Below are positions 56,874 through 64,000 of a DNA stretch of 64,000 nt, one piece after another. The position numbers and the translations under genes were made by a program. The notes under the pieces are model-generated. The model was not told the DNA's origin and ran no database searches. It was given only the letters and a program-made list of their open reading frames with translations. Each line of letters starts with the position of its first letter. Position 1 is the stretch's first letter. Source of the DNA: Candidatus Bathyarchaeum sp. (GTDB lineage Archaea; Thermoproteota; Bathyarchaeia; Bathyarchaeales; Bathyarchaeaceae); contig JAOZIF010000171.1 of the NCBI GenBank assembly GCA_026014495.1, positions 34,997 to 98,996 of the forward strand, given 5' to 3'.

Positions 56874-57881
56874 GTGAAGCTTGCAGCCAAAGACCTCAAA
56901 AGTATGTTAAGTTACATCAAAAAAGACCCTAGAGTTGTTGTTTCGCCTCAGCTGGGATTTGACGCGGGTGTCCACCTTATAGACGGCGACCGCTACCTTG
57001 TTGTTTCTACAGACCCCTGCCTTGGGGTTCCTGAAGAGTGGTTTGGTTGGTTGCTTGTCAACTATGTCGCGTCTGATGTTGCCCTTTTCGGAGCCAAAAT
57101 GGAGTTTTGTACAATTAACCTGTTAGCTCCTTTAACAACAACTCCAGAAGTTTTCCAAAAGATTATGAAACAAGCCTGTGACGCTGCAAACGAACTTGGA
57201 ATTGCTATTGTAACTGGGCACACAGGAACTTATGAGGGCGTATCCACGCTTGTTGGAGTATGCACCGGTTATGGTTATGTTGACAAAGACATGCTGATAA
57301 CTCCCCGAGACGCAAAACCAAAAGACGACATATTGTGCATCAAGCCAATCGGTTTAGAGACAGTGGTCAATTTTGCTTGGACTCGTAGTGCCTTGGCTAA
57401 ACGACTCTTTGGGGCTCAGCGGACAAGAGCGCTCACAAAACTTGTTTCAATGCAAAGCTGTGTTAAAGAAGCACTACTACTTGCAAAAACCAAAGGCGTG
57501 CATGCTCTGCATGATGCCACAGAAGGCGGATTAACGTCTGCGTTAAACGAGATGGCTCAAGCATCCAATGTTGGTTTTACTGTTAATTGGGAGAACCTGT
57601 TAATTCTAGAAGAGGTGCACAAATTAAAGACTGCTTACCATCTATCAGACGCACAGGTGCTCTCTTTATCATCAACTGGCACAATCGTGGCTGCCGTCAG
57701 CCCTCAAGCCAGAAGCAAAATTGAGGATATTCTGCTCCAAAACGGAATTGAATTTAGTTTTCTGGGTTCATTCACAAAAAATGTGCAACGTGTTCTCGTG
57801 AAACATGGAACCAAAACATTGTTTCCGCAAGATGCTGATGACCCGTATGCACGTTTTGTTTCAATAAATGATAGAATCTAA
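56874..57881 (+). CDS. AIR synthase (PurM/ThiL/HypE)-family protein
   Basis: G.DAG, STDP, SDVA..GA, GHTG, HDATEGG, SSTGT. Confidence 0.8.
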   Translation: MKLAAKDLKSMLSYIKKDPRVVVSPQLGFDAGVHLIDGDRYLVVSTDPCLGVPEEWFGWLLVNYVASDVALFGAKMEFCTINLLAPLTTTPEVFQKIMKQACDAANELGIAIVTGHTGTYEGVSTLVGVCTGYGYVDKDMLITPRDAKPKDDILCIKPIGLETVVNFAWTRSALAKRLFGAQRTRALTKLVSMQSCVKEALLLAKTKGVHALHDATEGGLTSALNEMAQASNVGFTVNWENLLILEEVHKLKTAYHLSDAQVLSLSSTGTIVAAVSPQARSKIEDILLQNGIEFSFLGSFTKNVQRVLVKHGTKTLFPQDADDPYARFVSINDRI

Positions 57882-58732
57882 TTATGTTTCAGGAAATCTT
57901 CTGTGCTTTGCTGTTTTCGTTTAATTTTTCCTATAGTGATTTTTTCGTCTATTTGCAGTTTCATTCCGTCAAAGGCTGCTATTGTGGGGACTCCAGTTGT
58001 ATTTTCGATTAGTTTTACTTCGTAGGCAGGTCCGCTGTAGATCATCTTCATTCCAAAGTGCGTGGCTACTGCCATTTCTGGCTTTACATCTTCAACGAGT
58101 TTGGCGGCTTCTTTTGGAGTCATGTGCCCTTTCCATGGGCTTCCTGTTGGTCTCATCACGGAGAGAATCAGCAACCGAACTCCTTTGTACTCTTTTTCGA
58201 TGCCTTCAAAGTATTCTGTGTCTGCTGTGTATCCGATGGCTCCTATTTCTGGGATTTCAAATCTAAAACCAACTGTTTCAGGGTCAGAGTGCACGGTTTT
58301 TGTGCCTGATATTTTTGTTTTATCAACAGTGAATTTGACTCCGGGCTTTAGTGTTATTGCCTTTTCTATCATGTTTTGGTGGTACGTAGAGATTGCTGGT
58401 CCAGTTTCGCCGTTTCCGGATAGGATGTTAGATGGCGCAGCTACAATTCCTCTTTTTTTGAGCATGCCTCGGGTCATGGCTTCAACTAGAACTTCTGCGT
58501 TGCTGTAGTGGTCTGGGTGCCTGTGAGAAACAATTACTGTTTTTATTTTTTGTGGATTTAAGCCCGCTTCTAGCGAATAAATGAGGGCTCCTGGGCCTGG
58601 GTCAACATGGATGTTGAGTTTTTCGGATATGAGCCTGATTCCTCCTGTTCTTCGTTTTTGGGTTATGGTGGCAAATCTTCCGCCGCCTGTTCCCAAGAAG
58701 ACCAGTTTGACTCCATCCATTTTTTTCACCAA
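57878..58732 (-). CDS. MBL-fold metallo-hydrolase
   Basis: FLGTGGG, VDPGPG, SHRHPDH, DTEY, THFG. Confidence 0.88.
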   Translation of the reverse strand: MVKKMDGVKLVFLGTGGGRFATITQKRRTGGIRLISEKLNIHVDPGPGALIYSLEAGLNPQKIKTVIVSHRHPDHYSNAEVLVEAMTRGMLKKRGIVAAPSNILSGNGETGPAISTYHQNMIEKAITLKPGVKFTVDKTKISGTKTVHSDPETVGFRFEIPEIGAIGYTADTEYFEGIEKEYKGVRLLILSVMRPTGSPWKGHMTPKEAAKLVEDVKPEMAVATHFGMKMIYSGPAYEVKLIENTTGVPTIAAFDGMKLQIDEKITIGKIKRKQQSTEDFLKHN

Positions 58733-58859
58733 AAGATGATTTTGGATTGCAGTTTTTGTTTGTTAGAATATGTCTGGATTCAGTTATAAGGCTTTGAATG
58801 TTGGGATTGCAGAGACTGTTATATTGTGTTGCTGTGAACTATTCTGTGGAGGCTTTGGG

Positions 58860-59534
58860 ATGAAGGTTATTGTTCGTGTTGGCGGTTCAGTTGTGGGTTC
58901 CCCTCTTGACGCGTCAATGATAAACAGGTACGTCACTTTCTTGAAGGATTTGAAAAATCAAGGACATGAAGTTGCTGCAGTTGTAGGTGGAGGCAGTTTA
59001 GCTCGAGAGTTCATCAAAGTTGCTGCAGGCTTATGTTTGGATGAGACACGTAGAGACTGGGCTGCAATTCATGTTTCGCGTCTGTTTGCACAGTTGTTTG
59101 TGTTGGGTTTAGGTGATGCTGGCTGTGGAACTGTGCCCACTACATTGGATGAAGCTCAGGCTTGCATGAACCGCGGCAAGATTGTTGTTATGGGCGGTTT
59201 GCGTCCTGGAATGACAACAGACACTGTGGCTGCGTTGGTTGGAGAGCGTGTAAAAGCTGATTTGCTTGTGAAAGGCTCAAACGTTGACGGCATATACACC
59301 AAGGATCCACGGAAGTTTTCTGACGCAAAAAAGCTGGACGCCCTAAAGTTTGAGGAGCTTGCGAATCTTTTTGACGAAAAACAGCACAAGGCGGGAATTA
59401 ATCAGGTTATTGATCCTGAGGCGGTGCGGATTTTGGCTAAAATCAAGTTGAAGACGATGGTTGTGGATGGCTATGACACTGCTAATCTTGTGTTTGCTGT
59501 TGAGGGCAGACGTGTTGGAACCGTTATTACCTAA
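58860..59534 (+). CDS. pyrH: UMP kinase
   Basis: RVGGS, VVGGGSLAR, GGLRPGMTTD.VA, VDGIYTKDP. Confidence 0.93.
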   Translation: MKVIVRVGGSVVGSPLDASMINRYVTFLKDLKNQGHEVAAVVGGGSLAREFIKVAAGLCLDETRRDWAAIHVSRLFAQLFVLGLGDAGCGTVPTTLDEAQACMNRGKIVVMGGLRPGMTTDTVAALVGERVKADLLVKGSNVDGIYTKDPRKFSDAKKLDALKFEELANLFDEKQHKAGINQVIDPEAVRILAKIKLKTMVVDGYDTANLVFAVEGRRVGTVIT

Positions 59535-59562
59535 AAGTTTGTTTTGAGATTTTTTTACTGTT

Positions 59563-60084
59563 GTGCTGGGTGTGCAATCATTGAACGTTAAAGATTTGCT
59601 TCGCAGCAACAACAAAGACCTCTTTTACATTATGCACCTAAGTTATGAAGGGTGCGAGCAAGAAAGGTTCTGGAATTACGCGCGAGAAAAAAGCATCATC
59701 GGGATTAGTCATCCTTTCATAACAGAAGACTGGAACTCAAACCGTGACTTTAACAAAAAAGCGTTGACGTCTACTTGGGTTAAGCAGTTTGACATGTTCT
59801 GCAACGAAATGACTACAGGCGATGTTGTTTTGGTGCTAAGTGGTTGTGCTTCTCTTCTTGGAGTTGCTGAAGTTATCGAGCCAGACTACATGTTTGATGG
59901 TGCTCTTTCTGGGGATGCATGTGAGCCGTTTTTTGAGCATATACGAAAAGTCAAGTGGCACAAAACTTACACGTATGCTGGTCGGCTGTTGTTGCCTCAG
60001 CCTGTTGAAGGTTTTGTTAATGTTTTATCTAAGGTTGAGCCCATGACTGAACGTTGGCAAGTTTTGGAGAATGTTGATGTTTAA
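59563..60084 (+). CDS. Hypothetical protein, EVE/PUA-like (restriction-system N-terminal domain-like)
   Basis: F..EM..GDVVLV......LGVAEV..DY.F...HIRKVKW. Confidence 0.5.
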   Translation: MLGVQSLNVKDLLRSNNKDLFYIMHLSYEGCEQERFWNYAREKSIIGISHPFITEDWNSNRDFNKKALTSTWVKQFDMFCNEMTTGDVVLVLSGCASLLGVAEVIEPDYMFDGALSGDACEPFFEHIRKVKWHKTYTYAGRLLLPQPVEGFVNVLSKVEPMTERWQVLENVDV

Positions 60085-60133
60085 GGTAAACGGCTGTATT
60101 GTTTAGTTTTACTGGCGTCCTGTTGGGTAAGGC

Positions 60134-60147
60134 TTAAATTAATTATA
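60134..60147 (+). promoter_or_regulatory. TATA-like element upstream of tRNA-Leu
   Basis: ttaaattaattata ending about 24 nt before the tRNA 5' end. Confidence 0.5.
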
Positions 60148-60170
60148 TCCTGTTTGTTTTGAAGGGATGG

Positions 60171-60273
60171 GCGGCGGTAGCGAAGCCAGGCCAAACGCGG
60201 AGGACTCAAGATCAGCGTTTGATGAGCTATCCTTTCCCATAGGGGTTCGCAGGTTCGATTCCTGCCCGCCGCA
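60171..60273 (+). tRNA. tRNA-Leu(CAA) with an 18-nt intron at 37/38 (60211-60228); CCA not encoded
   Basis: Acceptor GCGGCGG/CCGCCGC+A; anticodon CAA 60207-09; long variable arm; GTTCGATTC T-loop; canonical BHB (AG|A and CU|A bulges around CUCA/UGAG). Confidence 0.95.
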
Positions 60274-60344
60274 CTTACACACCTGCCCGCCCCACTTTTA
60301 CCAAAATTCCAACAAGAAATATACAACACAATAAACGGAATGAG

Positions 60345-60533
60345 AAAAGAACTACTAGCAGACATAAAAACATCAAAAACACGCTAATTTACATGCATTT
60401 AACAAGCTTCAAAGATGATGAATTTGTAAGCGCAACAGCAAAAACAGTAGAAGAAGCCTGCAAACTTATTGAAGCTGGTTTTGAATACATCACTGAACTG
60501 GAAGGAGTTAAACTCTTCAGAAAAAGAAAGTGA
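60345..60533 (+). pseudogene. C-terminal remnant of a tyrosine recombinase/integrase
   Basis: KELL(frameshift)HKNIKNTLIYMHL...KTVEEACKLIEAGFEY...GVKLFRKRK*; LLGH...T..Y catalytic box broken by a 2-nt insertion; no N-terminal part. Confidence 0.8.
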
Positions 60534-60536
60534 CTC

Positions 60537-60693
60537 TTCCTACTTTCAAAATACAATTGAGATTCCGACAATAAAACATGGAAAACGACAAACGCTTGAT
60601 ACACTCATTACGGAAGAAATGTTATTGTTGGCTAAATTTTTGAGAAATGAAAAGAAACAATGGATTCCACGACTTTCAACAATAACTAACTAA
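60537..60693 (+). pseudogene. Probable C-terminal remnant of a stand-alone Cas1 (Cas1-solo)
   Basis: YF...EIP.IK.GKRQTLDTLITEEMLLLAKFLRNEKKQWIPR resembles recalled C-termini of archaeal solo Cas1 proteins; unverified. Confidence 0.45.
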
Positions 60694-62128
60694 TTTTTGT
60701 TAGTTTAATCTTAGAAACAATAATCAAAATAGTTGCAATCAAGAATAATGGTAATATGATCCATGATGGAAATTCTGGGATTACCGGGTTTGATGAGAAA
60801 TCGTGGGTTAAAATTGATAATGTTTCAGGGTGGGGCTCAATTAAGAAAGGAGTGAAACCAACATGTCCTGTATTAAAAGTATACTTGTAATCGTATATTG
60901 TTTGATTAATCGCTTGGGTGTCAGTTGTTCCCCACCAATTGTATGTGGCATTCACGTCCCCGTGAGGTTCATCGGATACGACGTTATACTGAGTGTTGTT
61001 TATGATGTTGTTGTAAATTATAGTCCCCGCAGAATCGAGTCCAACTTCATTTTGGGTGATTATGTTATACCTAATTATTGTTGAACGCCCACCGCCATCA
61101 ATTCCGTAACTGTTGTTAGTAATAAGATTTTTTTCAATTATCGCCATACCCCCTGAAAGTCGTATCCCTATCGCGTTATTGACAAACAGATTGTTTTTGA
61201 TTGTTGCTTTAGCTTCCACGTTAATTCCTGCTACGGTACAACCAGAAATGGTGTTTCCAGTGATTATTGGATCAGTTTCTCTTAGATAAGAGTCACGTAA
61301 ATCAATCCCAGTCGTTCCTGTGATACTGTTATTCGCGATTATAGGAAGACCAAAATTCACAAGAATTGTGCCAGTAATTAGGTTACCAGTAATTACTGGT
61401 GAACCCCAAACATCGATTTTAGAAATTGTGTTATTTACGAATGTTGTTACATTTCCGTTATCAATTATTGTCCCAATTGTGTTAAACGAAAACACGACAT
61501 CACGGGTACCTACAACAACACGGCTTTCTCCACCAATGGTGTTATTTGAAAGGGTACATGGTTTCCTAACATCAACGCCATTATTAATGACATTATTCGA
61601 AACTAAAGATCGCCCACCTGAAGTTATATGCAAATCTTCGGTGATTGTGTTATTCGAAATTATAGATGTACCAACAATGGCTACTTGAGAATTTACATAA
61701 TTGTTGTTTATTTTGCAACCAGAAGGTAATATTCGAGTTGACTCTAAAATAGCATTTTCAATTATGCAACCAGAACCTGTTGTTTCGTTCCAAGATCCAA
61801 AACCGTAAAACTGTATTTGTCCACCGTTGAAGTGAATCTTTTCAGTGTCAGTGCCTTGTGCACGAAGGGTCTGATTTACCAGTAGCTCGTAGTCACCAAG
61901 GTTTACTGTAACACCTGGTTCGATTGTTAAGATCTTGTTCACAAAGACGTTTCCAGTAAGTACGTAAGGACTGTTTGCTTTGGTCCAAGTAGTGTCTGTA
62001 GCAATCATTCCAGTAAATTCTGTAGAAGCACGAACCACACCAAAATTTGCAGTGCAAACAAATGTCAAATAGGCAACTAGAATAGTTATCAATAATACAG
62101 GAAAAAATGAAAAACCACTCTTATTCAT
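60686..62128 (-). CDS. Secreted parallel beta-helix protein with PEF-CTERM-like tail
   Basis: Signal peptide, TTWTKANSPY, LTIEPGV, Asn-rich repeats, NATYNWWG, IPEFPSW + TM. Confidence 0.8.
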   Translation of the reverse strand: MNKSGFSFFPVLLITILVAYLTFVCTANFGVVRASTEFTGMIATDTTWTKANSPYVLTGNVFVNKILTIEPGVTVNLGDYELLVNQTLRAQGTDTEKIHFNGGQIQFYGFGSWNETTGSGCIIENAILESTRILPSGCKINNNYVNSQVAIVGTSIISNNTITEDLHITSGGRSLVSNNVINNGVDVRKPCTLSNNTIGGESRVVVGTRDVVFSFNTIGTIIDNGNVTTFVNNTISKIDVWGSPVITGNLITGTILVNFGLPIIANNSITGTTGIDLRDSYLRETDPIITGNTISGCTVAGINVEAKATIKNNLFVNNAIGIRLSGGMAIIEKNLITNNSYGIDGGGRSTIIRYNIITQNEVGLDSAGTIIYNNIINNTQYNVVSDEPHGDVNATYNWWGTTDTQAINQTIYDYKYTFNTGHVGFTPFLIEPHPETLSILTHDFSSNPVIPEFPSWIILPLFLIATILIIVSKIKLTKIS

Positions 62129-62250
62129 CCCAAATGGTCCTCAATAATAATTAGATTGTCTTACCTAAAAAGGGTTTTTCTAAAGAAAATTTGACAAAAA
62201 TTGCCAATAGTTGCTCAAGAAAAATTGACAATATTTTTTCTATGTCAAAC

Positions 62251-63135
62251 CTACAAGTTGAAGCGTTCGAATGTCTTAAATCGAGTTAACAATGGCTTAG
62301 ACGTTATTCCTAAATTATTCTCCAATTGCGTTAGAAAGACATCATATTGTTGTTCTACCGCTTTCCATCCAAACAATTTAATTAAATAATATTCTGTTTG
62401 TAAGCTGTGGATGAAGACAATTCTTTTTAGAGAAAAATCCAAGTCCCCTTTAGGTCCTTGACCATACAGTCGAAATAGCAAATATGCGTCTTGATAAGTG
62501 ACCCAATCTCTCAAACATTTGAGATAATGTGGGATTGATGTTATTTGCCTTTCTTTGTGGGCTAGTTTTAAACACTCATCAATATCTGGAATTTTATGTT
62601 CATGTGCATATTTCCAATTTATTTTCTCCGAAAGGTCATTTGGTATTTTGCATTCTTGGTTTAAATACAAATTAACAGGCGGAAGAAAGAAGTCTTTTCT
62701 TGCTCTATTACACAGAAATTCGTTGGCGTAAATACTTAGAGTCTTATCAATTGATTTTTTTGGTGGATGATGACAACAAACAATAGATGCCACAGCTGCA
62801 AATACTGAGTAATAGCACTGGATAATCTTCCATGAAGCAAACTTTAATCGCTCATCAAGGTCTTCAACAGGATAATTCAAAGAACATTCATGATACCAAC
62901 AATTCCTCAAATTTCTGAATTCAATTGTTTCATGTCCAGGGTCTTTTCTTTGTTTACGCTGTTTTGCTCCTTGGTCAATAAGCGTTGTAATCATGTTCAT
63001 TGATGCCAATTTCATGTTATCTCTATCAAAATACATTACTTGAATTATGTCGGCTATACTCTTCAGGTAAACACTATGAGTTTTAAGATATCTTTCTCGA
63101 AAAACTTGAGGCAAGTCTCCAAGGAAATCTCCCAA
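62251..63135 (-). CDS. HEPN-like protein
   Basis: CYYSVFAAV helix and LRDWVTY (Rx4Y), plus RNCWYH (Rx4H). Confidence 0.5.
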   Translation of the reverse strand: MGDFLGDLPQVFRERYLKTHSVYLKSIADIIQVMYFDRDNMKLASMNMITTLIDQGAKQRKQRKDPGHETIEFRNLRNCWYHECSLNYPVEDLDERLKFASWKIIQCYYSVFAAVASIVCCHHPPKKSIDKTLSIYANEFLCNRARKDFFLPPVNLYLNQECKIPNDLSEKINWKYAHEHKIPDIDECLKLAHKERQITSIPHYLKCLRDWVTYQDAYLLFRLYGQGPKGDLDFSLKRIVFIHSLQTEYYLIKLFGWKAVEQQYDVFLTQLENNLGITSKPLLTRFKTFERFNL

Positions 63136-63249
63136 TAAAACACACCCTCATTGCGATTAAACGTGTATTCATTAGTTTGATTTTTTGTTTAAATTTTGTG
63201 TGGAGAGCCTTCGATAGAATAAAGGAAATAAAATGGAATACAGTTAATC

Positions 63250-64000
63250 TTGACCATGAATAATTTGATAGAGAAGCATTTTGAGGTCGAAACCTTCAAA
63301 GGCGTTTTTCAAGCCAAATATGTTTCACCCATCTGGGCAAGAGGACTGGACTGTAAACCAATGACTTGTGGTTTGTGTTGCATATCAGCACGTCCTCAAT
63401 TTCTTCCTAAGAAAACTTTTCCACCACTTGATAACAAGATTTGTTCATATTTTGACATTAATAGAAAAATTTGTAAAGCATATGAAAGACGCCCTTATGG
63501 TTGTAAAGCATTTCCATTTTTCTTTGGTATAGAAAATGGACAAATGATAATTTCACCTTCCCTTTAATGTCCTTCTACAAATGAATCTAAGATTAATATG
63601 GATATGATAAAAAAAACGTTGAATCATCCAAGTGTTAAATTGGAACTAGACAACTTGAATGCCATTTACAATCAAACAAAAAGCTCAAGGGTGTGGGATT
63701 CTATCGAAGAATTTTATGATTATTTAAAGAATGAAATCAACTCTTACTTTGATTCTAACCATCAATTTCCATTCTTAGATGAATTGACAGAAATGGTTCA
63801 AGACTGTATAGACCGCTATTTCAACATCAATACGGTTCATAGTAAACAGCCTTCAATTGACCGACATGTTACAGCCATTACAAATGGGAAATGTTTCATA
63901 TCCACAAATTTCGAGTCAAACAATATTTTGTATGTGAGAATTAAAAAATTAAAAGCATATTTGACGTATTGGAATCCTAAAACGGGCGAAATTAAGAAAA
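63250..64000 (+). pseudogene. YkgJ-family Cys-cluster protein interrupted by an in-frame TAA; runs off the window
   Basis: CGLCC, C.YF....C..YERRPYGCKAFPF; TAA at 63565-67 followed by CP and an open frame to 64000. Confidence 0.65.

Noticed and set aside
14-60291. One large element spanning from the virion genes to tRNA-Leu
   Set aside because: No copy of the tRNA 3' end was seen near the virion genes, and about 40 kb of core housekeeping genes intervene
63565-63567. Selenocysteine or pyrrolysine readthrough
   Set aside because: The stop is TAA, not TGA or TAG
1-64000. CRISPR array, rRNA, SRP or RNase P RNA
   Set aside because: No repeat-spacer pattern or recognisable conserved RNA sequence found by eye in the intergenic regions

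Overview
Archaeal chromosomal window of the TACK type, most consistent with Candidatus Bathyarchaeia. That assignment is inferred from mer, ADP-forming acetate-CoA ligase, Rpo12, Rio2, SmAP, TYW1, a BHB-intron tRNA and several IPEF(P/S)xW-tailed surface proteins. Positions 1-18.7 kb hold an HK97-type head/neck morphogenesis gene set (prohead protease, cement, major capsid, adaptor, head-closure fusion, tail-terminator-like, portal, holin-like). Its ORFs look intact, but they are split into three blocks by host genes (pyrF, a surface protein, MarR-MFS-oxidase, CDF), the portal is inverted, and no terminase, integrase or replication gene is visible. This makes it a candidate domesticated provirus or GTA-like system. 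Positions 19-27 kb are a glycosylation cluster. Positions 27-59.5 kb are mostly housekeeping and redox genes, including a DHS-like/PdaD pair, a DPM2-like small membrane protein and a TPP riboswitch ahead of thiT. From tRNA-Leu(CAA) at 60.2 kb onward lies a decayed island with integrase and probable Cas1-solo remnants, a beta-helix surface protein, a HEPN-like gene and a YkgJ-family gene broken by an in-frame stop. No CRISPR array or rRNA was seen. All homology calls come from motif recognition by eye; no database search was run.
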